From the NCBI GenBank assembly GCA_038087875.1, contig CM075997.1, positions 4,776,001-4,840,000 of the forward strand: a DNA stretch of 64,000 bases. The letters are read 5' to 3'. Positions 24,005 to 36,387 of this stretch are shown here, piece by piece. Source of the DNA: Malacoraja senta (Eukaryota). The notes beneath the pieces were generated by a model. It was not told the origin of the DNA. It saw nothing but the letters and a program-made list of their open reading frames with translations, and did not search any database. The position numbers were made by a program, and so were the translations under genes. Position 1 is the stretch's first letter; every line of letters begins with the position of its first letter.

Positions 24005-24419
24005 ATCCATGTGCCTATCTAAAAACCTCTTTAACACCACTATTGTATCTACCTCTGCTTCCACCACCACCCCTGGCAGCGCGTTCCAGGCACCCACCAC
24101 CCCTGTCCCGCACATCTCCTTTAAACTTTGACCCTCTCACCTTAAATCGGTGCACTCTCATCTTTGACATTTCCACCCTGGAAAATAAAGGCTGTGACTG
24201 TCTACCCTCTCCATGCCTCTTGTAATTGTACATAGCTCTGTCAGGCCTTTACTGCATTCCCCTCCACAGATGCTGCCTGACCCACTGAGTTCCTGCACCA
24301 GTTTGGTTTTTACTCCAGATTCCACAATCTGCAGTTCCTTGTGTCTCCAGAATGTTATTTGCTTCAGGTAAAACAAAGGTCACACCTGTTCTACAACTTT
24401 TATTACGGACTTTAGACGT

Positions 24420-24825
24420 TGCTTTAGACTTTAGAGATGCAGCAGGGATTAGTTGATCGATTGATTGAACGATGCAGCAGGGAAACAGGCCCTTCGGTCC
24501 ATCGAGTAAGGTGATGGATTAGTTGATCGATTGATTGAACGATGCAGCAGAGAAACAGGTCCTTCGGCCCACCGAGTCCGCGCCGACCAGCGACCCCCCT
24601 GCACACTAGCACTATCCTACACACACTAGGTACAAGTTACAATCCGATTAACTTACAAACCCACACGTCTTCGAGGTGTGGGAGGAATCCGGAGCACCCG
24701 GGGAAAATCCACGTGGTCACGGGGAGAACGTGCAAACTCCGTACAGACAGGAGCCGAGGTCAGGATCGAACTCGGGTCTCTGGCGCTGTAAGGCGGCAAC
24801 TCTACCGCTGCGCCACCGTGCCACC
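24420..24825 (-). mobile_element. HE1-like V-SINE with local duplication in the tail
   Basis: Reverse-complement match; 35-bp segment repeated at 24446 and 24516. Confidence 0.8.
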
Positions 24826-25652
24826 CTAAATTGTAGAATAAATCGGAGAAGAGTTTCAAAAAAACCAGAACGGGTAAAATGGGCAGAATGGCCTCCAGTT
24901 GCTCTTTTTGAATTATAACTGTACGATTAAACTATTATGAATCATGGAAATCTGGGCTCCATAGTGTGGGTTTTCTCCATCAAGACAGACACAGAGTGCT
25001 GGAGTAACTCAGCGTAAATCAGCCAGCATCTCTGGAGAGAAGGAATGGGTGACGTTTCGGATCGAGGCTCTTCCTCAGACTTGATTAGTACGGGTGTCAG
25101 GGGTTATGGGGAGAAGGCAGGAAAATTGGGGTCAGGAGGGAGAGATAGACCAGCCATGATTGAATGGCAGAGTAGACTCGATGGGCCGAATGGCCTAATT
25201 CTGCTGTTATGACTTATGAACTTATGAAGATCTCACTAACAGTGAGGTAGCCACAAAATGCCAGAGTAACTCGGTGGGACAGGCAGCATCTCTGGAGGGA
25301 AGGAATGGGTGACGTTTTGGGTCGAGACCCTTCTTCAGACTAGTCCTGATAAGGATAATAAAGCACCCTTGAACCAGGGGACTAATGAAACTCCTTCAGC
25401 CTCCTGCAGTCCAGCTCTTATCTCAGAAAATGCACGCACATCATTAGATACAGTGACTGCACTGCCACAGTGTGGTGATAATGGTATCAGGAGCACTCAA
25501 TACAAATAAGAGCCATTACTAGATGTCTGAATGCTTTACACAGAGGATGGTGGGTGCCTGCAACGCACTGCCAGGGGTGGTGGTGGAGGTAGATATGATA
25601 GTGGCGTGTAAGAGGGTTGTGGATAGGGACATGGATATGCAGGGACTGGATT

Positions 25653-25966
25653 ACATAGAAATATAGAAAATAGGTGCAGGAGTAGGCCATTCGGCCCTTC
25701 GAGCCAGCACCGCCATTCAATATGATCACAGCTGATCATCCTGCTTTCTCCCCATATCCCTTGATTCCATTAGCCCCAAGAGCTAAATCTAACTCTCTCT
25801 TGAAAACATCCAGTGAATCGGCCTCCACTGCCTTCTGTGGCAGAGAATTCCTCAGATTCACAACTCTCGGGGTGAAAATGTTTTTCCTCATCTCAGTCCT
25901 AAATGGCCGACCCCTTATTCGTAAACTATGACCCCTGGTTTTGGACTCCCCCAACATCGGGAACAT
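25653..25966 (-). mobile_element. CR1-clade LINE 3' end
   Basis: ORF 25736-25966 MFPMLGESKTRGHSLRIRG. Confidence 0.85.
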
Positions 25967-27329
25967 TTTTTTTCTGCAGGCAGAGGAGATTAGTTTATCT
26001 CGGCATCATGTTGTGCACGGACCTTGTGGGCCGAAGGGCCTGTTCCTGTGTTGTGCGATGATCAGTTCACTTTAGTTTATTGTCACGTGTACCGAGGTAC
26101 AGTGAAACGCATTTGTTGCGTGCTAACCAGTCAGCGGAAAGACAATACATGATTACAATCGAGCCATCTACAATGTACAGATACATGATGAGGGAATAAT
26201 GTTTCGTGCAGGGTAAAGCCAGTAAAGTCCGATCAAGGATAGTCCGAGGGTCATCAGTGTTGTACATTGGTGCCATTGACTGAATTTGGCCCAGAGGCTT
26301 CTATTCCTTGGTGATCTAGGTCCACGTCTTGATGCTTTGTAGATGTTGTGAGTGAACCTGCCCCAACTATCTCCACGGCAACACCTTCCCAGTCTGTTGG
26401 CAAATACCTTCCCCCTGCAGCAGGCACCTGTAGACCAGAGGCACCAGGTGCTCCTCTCACCTTAACGCTACGCCCTCTCGTCTTCGACATCTCCACCCTG
26501 GGGAAAAGGCTCTGACTGTCTACCTTATCCACGCCACTCCTCATTTTAATACATTTCTATCAGGTCTCCCACGCAACCCACAGCGTTCCAGAGAAAACAT
26601 TCCAGGTTTGTCCAACTCCTCCTTGGGGCTGATCCCCTCTGATCCAGGCAGCATTCTGGTCATAAGGTCATGTGATAGGAGCAGAACTGGGGCCATTCGG
26701 CCCATCTAGTCTACTCCGCCATTCAATCATGGCCGATCTATCTAACCCCATTCTCCTGCCTTCTCCCCATAACCCCTGACACCTGTAAACCACAGTGGTG
26801 CAAGATGATAGTGGATGGGGAGGAAGGGTTGGGTGGGACGGGTGCATGATTATGGGGTAATCGAATGGTGGTGGATGGGAGGGGGGCAGCGCAGAGACTC
26901 TGGGGGGGGGGGGAGTGGAAGGGTGAGTGGGTGTTGCAGAGAAGCATGCTCCACGCAACCATGTGACGCGTACCCATCCAAGCTGCAAGCAATGCAGTCT
27001 GTCTCGACAATCCAGCAGCATAATCAAGGATAGTCACACCCTGGCCACTCCCTCCTCTCCCCTGGTGCTAGGTTTATGCAATGTAAAGTCCCATTCAAAA
27101 TATTCCAAGGGTCTCCAATGAGGGAGATGGAAGGTCAGCTGGTTTAGTTTAGTTTAGAGATACAGCACGGAAACAGGCCCTTCGGCCCACCGATCCAGCT
27201 CACCCATTCCTTCTCTCTGGAGACGCTGCCTGTCCCGCTGAGTTACTCCAGCACTTTGTGTCTGTCTTCGGTTTAAACCAGCATCTGCAGTTCCTTCCTG
27301 CACAGATACCATTTAGATTAGTTATGCTA

Positions 27330-27735
27330 TGGTTGCACAAGACATAGGTCAGGCCACATTTAGAGTGTTGCTGCGTTCAGCTTTGGTCACCCTGTTATGG
27401 GGGAAAATGTGTTAAACTGGAAAGAAGGCAGAGAAGATTTACAAGGATGTTGCCGGGACTCAAGGGCCTGAGATAGAGGGAGAGGTTGAGTAGGCTGGGA
27501 CTCTATTCCATGGAGCGCAGGAGGATGAGGGGTGATCTTATAGAGGTGTATAAAATCATGAGAGGAATAGATCGGGTAATAGAGTCTCTTGCCCAGGAGA
27601 ATCAAGAACCAGAGGATTTAGATTTAAGGAGGGGGGAGTAAAGATTTAATAGGGAACTTTCTACACAAAGGGTGGTGGGTGTATGGAACGAGCTGCCAGA
27701 GGAGGTAGTTGAGGCTGGGACTGTCCCAATGTTGT
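27330..27735 (+). mobile_element. CR1-clade (HER1-like) LINE fragment
   Basis: agaagatttacaaggatgttgcc...aggatgaggggtgatcttatagagg. Confidence 0.75.
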
Positions 27736-27889
27736 CACTTTTAGTTTATTGTCATGTGCAGCGAGGTGCAGTGAAAAGCTTATTTGATGCAAGCTATCCA
27801 GTCAGCGGGAAGACAATACATGATTACAATCAAACCATCTACAGTGTACAGATACATGATAAAGGGAATAACGTTTAGTGCAAGGTAAA

Positions 27890-28135
27890 CCAGCGATCCC
27901 CATACACTAACACTATCCTACACACACTAGGGACAATCTACAATTTGTACCAAAGCCAATTAACCTACAAACATGTACGTCGTTTGGAGTGTGGGAGGAA
28001 ACCGGAGCACCCGGAGAAAACCCACGCGGACACGGGGAGAACGTGCAAACTCCATACAGACAGCACCCGTAGTTGGGATCGAACCCGGGTCTCTGGCGCT
28101 GTGAGGCGGCAACTCTACCGCTGCGCCATCATGCC
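27890..28135 (-). mobile_element. HE1-like V-SINE
   Basis: Reverse-complement match. Confidence 0.82.
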
Positions 28136-28239
28136 GTGGAAGGGTGGTTCGGTTGCCTGATAACGGTGGTTTTTAAGAGGCTTTTATTGTGGATATGTAA
28201 GGAATGGAGGGATATGGAACATATGCTGGTTTTTAATCA

Positions 28240-28740
28240 AGATGCATCACAGCACGGTTTGGGAACAGCTCCGTCCACGACCGCAAGAAATTGCAGCGAA
28301 TTGTGGACGCAGCCCAGACCATCACACAAACCGACCTCCCTTCCATTGACTCCATCTACACCTCACGCTGCCTCGGCAAGGCCAGCAGCATAATCAAGGA
28401 CGAGTCGCACCCCGGCCACTCCCTCTTCTCCTCTCTCCCATCGGGCAAAAGGTACAGAAGTGTGAAAACACACACCTCCAGATTCAGGGACAGTTTCTTC
28501 CCAGCTGTTATCAGGCAACTGAATCATCCTACCACAACCAGGGAGCAGTGCTGAACTACTATCTACCTCATTGGTGACCCTCGGACTATCCTTGATCGGA
28601 CTTTACTGGCTTTACCTTGCACTAAACATTATTCCCTTATCATGTATCTGTACACTGTGGACGGCTCGATTGTAATCATGTTAGCACGCAACAAAAGCTT
28701 TTCACTGTACCTCGGTACACGTGACAATAAACTAGACTAT
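28240..28740 (+). mobile_element. Rex1/Babar-clade LINE 3' end
   Basis: ORF 28291-28554, same family as 11747-11998. Confidence 0.8.
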
Positions 28741-28896
28741 TGCAAGGGACAGTGTAGGAAGGAACTGCAGATGCTGGTTTAAACCGAAGATAGACACAAA
28801 AAGCTGGAGTAACTTAGCAGGTCCCAGGCAGCATCTCTGGAGAGAAGGAATGGCCTCAGTCTGAAGAAGGGTCTCGACCCGAAACATCACCTAGGT

Positions 28897-29205
28897 TGGA
28901 GTCCAGAACCAGGGGTCACAGTTTAAGAATAAGGGGGAGGCCATTTAGGACTGAGATGAGTAAAAACTTCTTCACCCAGAGAGTTGTGAATCTGTGGAAT
29001 TCTCTGCCACAGAAGGCAGTGGAGGCCGATTCACTGGATGTTTTCAAGAGAGAGTTAGATATAGCTCTTCGGGCTAACGGAATCAAGGGATATGGGGAGA
29101 AGGCAGGAACGGGGTACTGATTCTGGATGATCAGCCATGATCACAATGAATGGCGGTGCTGGCTCGATGGGCCGAAGGGCTACTGCACCTATTGTCTATG
29201 TTTCG
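28897..29205 (+). mobile_element. CR1-clade LINE 3' end
   Basis: ORF 28896-29120 ESRTRGHSLRIRGRPFRTE. Confidence 0.85.
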
Positions 29206-29309
29206 ATGATTCTATTCCTTTCTCTGAGCAGAGGAGTTAATTTAACTTGGCCTCATGTTCGGCATGGACAATGGACAATGGACATTCACCCCCCCCCTCC
29301 CTTCTGTGA

Positions 29310-29610
29310 TCTAGGCGGAAGTGGCTGCCTTACAGAGACCCGGGTTCGATCCCGACTACGGGTGCTGTCTGTACGGAGTTTGTACGTTCTCCCCGTGACC
29401 TGCGTGGGGTTTTCTCTGAGAACTTCGGTTTCCTCCCACACTCCAAAGACGTACAGGTTTGTAAATCAATTGGCTTGGTGTATGTGTAAACATTGTCCCC
29501 AGTGTGTGTAGGGCAGCGTTAGTGTGCGGGGATCGCCGGTGGGCGCGGACCCGGTGGGCCGAAGGGCCTGTTTCCGCGCTGTATCTCTAAACCAAACCAA
29601 ACTAAACTAA
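29310..29610 (+). mobile_element. HE1-like V-SINE
   Basis: B box, V-domain and tail. Confidence 0.85.
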
Positions 29611-30294
29611 AAGGAGGAATTTGTTTAGTCAGAGGGGTGGTGAATCTGTGGAATTCTTTGCCACAGACGGCTGTGGGGGCCAAGCCAGTGGATATATTTA
29701 AGGCAGAGATAGATAGATTCTTGATTAGTACGGGAGTCGGAGGTTATGAGGAGAAGGCAGGAGAATGGGGTTAGGAGGGAGAGGTCGATCTAAGCGCAGG
29801 GACGGACAGTGCGGTGTACCAGCAGCCGGAGGGTTAACAACGGGGGCACGGGAAAAGTTTTGCCAAAGAAATTAATGAATATTAAAAGAAATTGTAATGG
29901 CAGGAGAAGGGAAGTGGTTAAGAAAGCCCATTTACTACAGTGGATAGCAAAGTCCAAAGCAATCATTCTAGTGACAGTGATTAATGACCGGGCTGAACAG
30001 AATCTGAAAATACTCGCTTTCTCTAATGCCTTTCCTGATTAAATCAGCGCCACGTGACAGAGGCATTGTGTAATTACTTCAGAACATGCCACTGCGGAAC
30101 AGTCTGAAGGTTCAATATAATTCAGCTCTAATAGGATTTGGATGTAATATATTAACTCAGGTGCAGTTGGCTCTGTGTCCAAAAGGCCATTGACACCAGC
30201 CAATTGACTCCATACCAATGTAGGCACGACCTGGGGACAGAAGGAAAATATTTGTTTGGAATAAATTTCGGAGACACTCCGCTATAAATCACCT

Positions 30295-30575
30295 GGTAGA
30301 TAAAAATGCTGGAGAAACTCAGTGGCCGAGGCAGCATCGATGGAAGGAAGGAATAGGTGACGTTTCGGGTCGAGACCCAAGGGGTCTCGACCCGAAACGT
30401 CACCTATTCCTTCGAAGAAGGGTCTCGACCTGAAATGTCACCTATTCCTTCCAAGGAGGGTCTCTACCTGAAATGTCATCTATTCCTTCGCTCCATAGAT
30501 GCTGCCTCACTCGCTGAGATTCTCCAGCATTTTTATCTACCTTCGATTTTTCCAGCATCTGCAGTTACTTCTTAA
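30295..30575. mobile_element. Penelope-like fold-back with a perfect 32-bp-arm hairpin and three 38-bp tandem units
   Basis: Arms 30347-30378 and 30382-30413; tandem units at ~30376, 30414 and 30452. Confidence 0.8.
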
Positions 30576-30627
30576 ACTATATATCACCTGGCTGCTTAGA
30601 GTTGGATGAGCCTTATGAAACCCTTGC

Positions 30628-30883
30628 CTTTTTCTTTTTCTTTTGTTTTTTAATTTTGCTCTTATAGGGTCTTCGTCCTTTTTTGTTGTCACATTTTCTA
30701 CACTTTCACTTTTTCCTTCACTTTCTTCTTTCTTTCAATCTTTATCTTTTTCTAGTGTAAAAAATAAATGGAGTACATTAATTGTAAGAAGACATAAGTG
30801 ACGAGTACTAATGTATGTGGTTGTAATGTAATGTACTTCTAATAAATAAAATAAAAAAAAATAAAAAAATTAAATTAAAAAAA
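30628..30883 (+). mobile_element. Severely 5'-truncated L1-type 3'UTR insertion
   Basis: 13-bp TSD atgaaacccttgc at 30615-30627 and 30884-30896, A-rich tail, and gtaatgtaa..tacttctaat motif shared with the L1 3'UTR at ~5745-5765. Confidence 0.85.
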
Positions 30884-31796
30884 ATGAAACCCTTGCACGG
30901 TTAATTTAGAAGCAAGGCATGTTGGATGCTTTGGTTTAAGTCGTAGAGTCATTGTCTATTGTCTATTGTGCCTATTGTCTATTGTCTATTGTCTACTGTC
31001 ATAGAGTGATACAGCGTGGAAACAGGACCTTCAGCCCACTTTGCCCACGCCGTCAACATCCCCCATCTACGCTAGTTCCACCTGCCTGCGTTTTGCCCAT
31101 ATCCCTCCAAACCTGTTCTATCCATGTACCTGTCCAAATGTTTCTTAACGAATATCTCAACTACCTCCTCCGGCAGCTCGTTCCATACACCCACCACCCT
31201 TTATGTGCAAAGGTTCCTATTAAATCTTACCCCCCCCCCCCCCCGCACCTTAAACCTATGACCTCTGGTCCTTGATTCCCCTACTCTGGGCAAGCCAACT
31301 CAATGGATATTTCTAAGGCAGAGATAGATAGATTGTTGATTAGTATGGGCGTCAGGGGTTATGGGGAGAAGGCTGGAGAATGGAGTTAGGAGGGAGGGAT
31401 AGATCAGCCAGATAGAATGGCGGAATAGACTTAATGGACCGAATGGCCTGATTCTGCTCCTATCAAATGAACTTATGAACTTATATTGGAGCGATTAAAA
31501 CTGCATGCAGTACTCCAAATGCGGCCTAACCAAGGACCTGTAAAGCTGCAACATGGCTTCTGATTCTTATAGAAGCTATGATGAGTGGCATGTAAGAGTC
31601 TTTTAGATAGGGCAATGGTTATGTGGGAAGGGCGGATATGGATCACGTGCAGGCAGAGGAGATTAGTTTGTCCAGGCATCATGTCCAGTACGGACATTGT
31701 GGGCCGAAGGGCCTGTTCCTGCTGTACTGCTCAATGTTCTATGATGCTGGATCTTGAAGGCCCTGTCACATGCCTCACAGGTTTCACACCATCGAA

Positions 31797-32020
31797 CCAC
31801 GGTGGCGCAGCGGCAGAGTTGCCGCCTCACGGCGCCAGAGACCCAGGTTCGATCCCCAGCACGGGTGCTGCCTGTAAGGAGTTTGCACCTTCTCCCCGTG
31901 ACCTGCGCGGGTTTTCTCCGGGTGCTCCGGCTTCCTCCCACATTCCAAAAGATGTACAGGTTAGTAGGGTGATTGATGGTCGGTGTGCCGAAGGGCCAGT
32001 TTCCATGCTATATCTTCCAA
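31797..32020 (+). mobile_element. HE1-like V-SINE, internally deleted
   Basis: Head and V-domain present. Confidence 0.78.
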
Positions 32021-32398
32021 TCCAATCTAAAATAAGGAAAATGAAAAGTGAAGATGAGGATTAAGATTACATTTCTACAGAAAGATCATCGATCCGTAAC
32101 ATTCAACATGGAAACATTCCTTCACTGACACTACTGGACATGCTGTAAACCTCTAATCATTTCTGCTTGTTAAAAAAACTCAGTGTTAGAGAAAATCATA
32201 TTTTATAACCTGTTTATTATAAATGTGCAATACAAGTTATTGCAATACTGAACTTCGAATATTAAATTATTGTAACTGCCTCATTTATCACTGTTAGCTT
32301 TCTGCTTGCAATATCCATTATGTAATCATAAAGTCAAATGCCATGGAAGCAGGCCATTCAGCCCACCATGGCCATACTGTCAAGTGAGTATCTATCCA

Positions 32399-34021
32399 CA
32401 GTGCATTCAGAAAGTATTCAGACCCCTTCACTTTTTCCACATTTTGCTGGAATATGGTTACAGCCATATTTTAAAATGGATGAAATTCATTGTTTTAATC
32501 ATCAATACCCCAGAATGAAGAAGCAAAAACAGGTATTTAGAAATGTTTGCAAAGTAATTAAAAATAAATAACTGAAATATCACATTTACATAAGTATTCA
32601 GACCCTTTGCTATGACACTCCAAATTGAGCTTAGGTTCATCATGTTTCCATTGATTATCCTCGAGATGTTTCTACAACTTGATTGGAGTCCACCAGTGGT
32701 GAATTATATTGATTGGACATGATTTGGAAAGGCACACACCTGTCTATATAAGGTCCCACAGTTGACAGTGAATGTCAGAGCAAAAACCAAGCCATGAAGA
32801 CGAAGGAATTGTCCGTGGACCTCCGAGACAGGATTGTGTGGAGACACAGATCTGGGGAAGGGTATAAAACAATTTCTGCAGCATTGCAGGTCCCGAAGAG
32901 CACAGTGGCCTCCGTCATTCTTAAATGGAAGAACTTTGGAACCACCAGGACTCTTCATAGAGCTGGCCGCCCGGCCGGCCAAACTGAGCAATCTGAGGAG
33001 AAGGGCCTTGGTCAGGGAGGTGACCAAGAACCCGATGGTCACTCTGACAGAGCTCCAGAGTTCCTCTGTGGAGATGGGAGAACCTTCCAGAAGGACAACT
33101 ATATCTGCAGCACTTCACCAATCAGGCCTTTATGGTAGAGTGGCCAGACGGAAGTCACTCCTCTGTAAAAGGCACATGACAGCCCGCTTGGAGTTTGCCA
33201 AAAGGCACCTAAAGGACTCTCAGACCATGAGAAACAAGATTCTCTGGTCTGATGAAACCAAGATTGAACTCTTTGGCCTGGATGCCAAGCGTCACGTTTG
33301 GAGGAAACCAGGCACCGCTCATCACCTGGCCAATACCATACCCACGGTGAAGCATGGTGGTGGCAGCATCATGCTGTGGGGATGTTTTTCAGCGGCAGGA
33401 ACTGGGAGACTAGTCAGGATCGAGGGAAAGATGAATGGAGCAAAGTACAGAGAGATCCTTGATGAAAACCTGCTCCAGAGCGTTCAGGGCCTCAGACTGG
33501 GGCAGAGGTTCACCTTCCAACAAGACAATGACCCTAAGCACACAGCCAAGACAATGCGGGAGTGGCTTCGTGACAAGTCTGTGAATGTCCTTGAGTGGCC
33601 CAGCCAGAGACCGGACGTGAACCTGATCGAACATCTCTGGAACTGAAAATAGCTGTGCATCGACGCTCCCCATCCAACCTGACAGAGCTTGAGTGGATCT
33701 GCAGAGAAGAATGGGAGAAATGACCCAAATACAGGTGTGCCAAGCTTGTAGCGTCATACCCAAGAAGACTTGAGGCTGTAATCGCTGCCAAAGGTGCCTC
33801 AATAAAGTACTGAGTAAAGGGTCTGAATACTTATGTAAATGTGATATTTCAGTTATTTATTTTTAATTACTTTGCAAAAATGTCTAAACACCTGCTTTTG
33901 CTTTTTATTGTGGGGTATCGTGTGTAGATTGATGATAAAAAAAAAAGAATTTAATCCATTTTAGAATAAGGCTGTAACGTGGAAAAAGTGAAGGGGGTCT
34001 GAATACTTTCTGAATGCACTG
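32399..34021 (+). mobile_element. Tc1/mariner DNA transposon, full length (1623 bp), IR/DR type
   Basis: Termini cagtgcattcagaaagtattcagacccc, ~210-bp ITRs with an inner direct repeat (32591-32608, 33816-33833), TA at the right flank and CA at the left. Confidence 0.95.
32794..33813 (+). pseudogene. Tc1 DD34E transposase, disrupted
   Basis: [16 protein letters not shown]-terminus, GRP motif, [14 protein letters not shown] with 34 residues to IEHLW. A +4 duplication near 32975, a deletion near 33641 and a TGA at 33721. Confidence 0.93.
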
Positions 34022-34044
34022 TATATTAATCCCAGATTAAGTGC

Positions 34045-34350
34045 TGGGCAGCACAGTAGCACAGCGGGTAAAGCCGCTGCCTCACGAAGCCAGAGACCCC
34101 TGGTTCGATCCTGACCTCAGGTGCTGTCTGCGAAGAGTTTGCACGTTCTCGCTGTGACCAGGTAGGTTTCCTCCGGGTGCTCCGGTTTCATCCCAAAGAC
34201 GTGCGGGTTTGTAGGTTAATTGGCCCTCTTGAAATTGTCCCTAGTGTGTAGGGAGTGGATGAGAAAGTGGGATAACATGGAACTAGTGTGACCGGCTGGT
34301 CGGCATGGACTCCGTGGGACGAAGGGCCTGTTTCGATGCTGCATCTCCAA
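34045..34350 (+). mobile_element. HE1-like V-SINE (diverged subfamily)
   Basis: B box ggttcgatcc, V-domain and tail. Confidence 0.8.
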
Positions 34351-34465
34351 ATATTTCACCCTACATGGTGCAGTAGTGATCCCATCTCCATTGGTGTGAT
34401 ATTCACAGTCTGCATTGTTTCCAGTGTGTCGGCAACATGCGTTGGTATCTGTTGCGCGACTAATA

Positions 34466-34769
34466 CAGGCCCTCCACCGGTTTTCCACCACCCTTGGTTC
34501 CAGAGGCTTGCCGGATTATGCCGGACCCACAGAGGCCACGGCCTTGGGGGAGGGGTCGATATACCGGTCCGCAAAGTTGGCCAGAACTCCGGCAAATTCC
34601 ACTCGATCGGCCGCGGAAGTCCCGATGAGGTCGACATCGGCTGCCTCACCCGGCCTAGGCACCGGGTTTTCCGGAGGAATTCTAGGGGGGGGGAGTTTCT
34701 CTCGTAATTTTGTCCGGATTTAAGGAGGTTTCGGACTTGCCACTTGCTGAAAAATCTGTGGTGGAGCTG
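34466..34769. mobile_element. Possible Tigger/pogo-type MITE
   Basis: TA-CAG...CTG-TA boundaries, weak imperfect TIRs, CpG-rich body with repeated ccgg/ccgga motifs. Confidence 0.35.
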
Positions 34770-34809
34770 TATCTGTTTGTGTGTGTGTGTGGAACACACA
34801 ATGTTGGTT

Positions 34810-35108
34810 AGTTTTTAGTTTAGAGATACAGCGTGGAAACAGGCTCTTCGGCCCACCGGGTCCATGACGACCAGCGATCTCCGCACACTAACACTATCCT
34901 ACAATTTACCAAGTATAAGTATAAAGTGCAGAATTTACACTTATACCAAACTAATTAACCTACAAATTTGTGGGAGGAAACTGAAGATCTTGGAGACAAC
35001 CCACGCAGGTCACGGGGAGAACGTACAGACAGCACCCGTAGTCGGGATCGAACCCGGGTCTCTGGTGCTGTGAGGCAGCAACTCTACCGCTGTGCCACCG
35101 TGCCGCCC
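34810..35108 (-). mobile_element. HE1-like V-SINE
   Basis: Reverse-complement match. Confidence 0.82.
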
Positions 35109-35345
35109 TTCAATGTACATTCAATCTATGTGGATAGTGTCTGTTGTGTGTGTGTGTGTGTGTGACACTAACTGTCTGTGTCATTTCCATTCCACATTGC
35201 CACACACAAACTGCTCGGCACCAATCCTCCACCGTACATGTTCTCATTGATTCCCCTAATTAGACGACCCTCGTAATCTCACAATTCCCTGTGATCAACA
35301 TTCCTGGATTTTAAATCCCTGCACCATTCCCCACTGTTCACTGTC

Positions 35346-35655
35346 GGGCGGCACGGTGGCACAGCGGTAGAGTTGCTGCCTCACAGCGCCGGAGACCCGG
35401 GTTCGATCCCGACTACGGGTGCTCTCTGTACGGAGTTTGTACCTTCTTCCCGTGACCTGCGTGGGTTTTCTCCGGTGCTCCGGGTTTCCTTCCACACTCC
35501 AAAGACGTACAGAACTGTAGGTTAATTGGCTTTGGTATAAATGCAAATTGTCCCCAGTGTGTGTGTAGGATAGTGTTAGTGTGCGGGGATTGCTGGTCGG
35601 GGTGGACTCGGTGGGCCGAAGGGCCTGTTTCCGCTCTGGATCTCTAAATTAAAAC
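35346..35655 (+). mobile_element. HE1-like V-SINE, full length
   Basis: gggcggcacggtggcacagcggtagag head through the ctctaaa tail. Confidence 0.88.
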
Positions 35656-35789
35656 TGTAAAAACTAAAACCTGGCGGTGCCTTGCTGAGACCATGGTATT
35701 ACAAGCAGGAGTGTAACACAAAACCATCGCCACTTACAGAAGGCGGGATACGTTGCCTTCAATGTTATGCAGAAAGCCGGCACAAAGGG

Positions 35790-36345
35790 CACGCTGGATA
35801 GGGTGCGGAGAAGATTTACGAGGATGCTGCCAGGACTCGAGGGCCTGAGTTATAGGGAGAGGCTGAGCAGACTAGGAATCTATTCCTTGGAGCGCAGGAG
35901 GATGAGGGGTGATATTATAGAGGTGTACAAAATCATGAGAGGAGTAGATCGGGTAGACGCACAGAGTCTCTTGCCCAGAGTCGGGGAATCGAGGACCAGA
36001 GGATAGACACAAGATGCCGGAGTAACTCAGCGGGCAGGCAGCATCTCTGGAGAGAAGGAATGGGTGACGCTTTTGGGTGGAGACCCTTCTTCAGAGCATA
36101 GTAACTTGAAGGGGTAACTCTTTTACACTGAGGGTGGTGGGTGTATGGAATGAACTGCCAGAGGAGGTAGTTTAGGCAGATATTATTGCAACGTTTAAGA
36201 AGTATTTAGACAGGCACGTGGATAGGATGGGTTTAGAGGGATATGGGCCAAACACAGGCAGGTGGGATGAGTATAGATGGGGCTTGTTGGCCGGTTTGGG
36301 CAAGTTGGGCTGAAGGGCCTGTCTCCATGATGTATCTCTCTATGA
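35790..36345 (+). mobile_element. CR1-clade (HER1-like) 3' end with a nested Penelope repeat (~36002-36095)
   Basis: Translates RRRFTRMLPGLEGLSYRERLSRLGIYSLERRR. Confidence 0.85.
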
Positions 36346-36387
36346 CTCGAAACAGCATCATGAAGGCTCCCTGATAGTGTTAGGGTG

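Noticed and set aside
30376..30489. CRISPR-like palindromic 38-bp repeats
   Set aside because: No spacers, no cas genes, vertebrate context; the units derive from the Penelope repeat.
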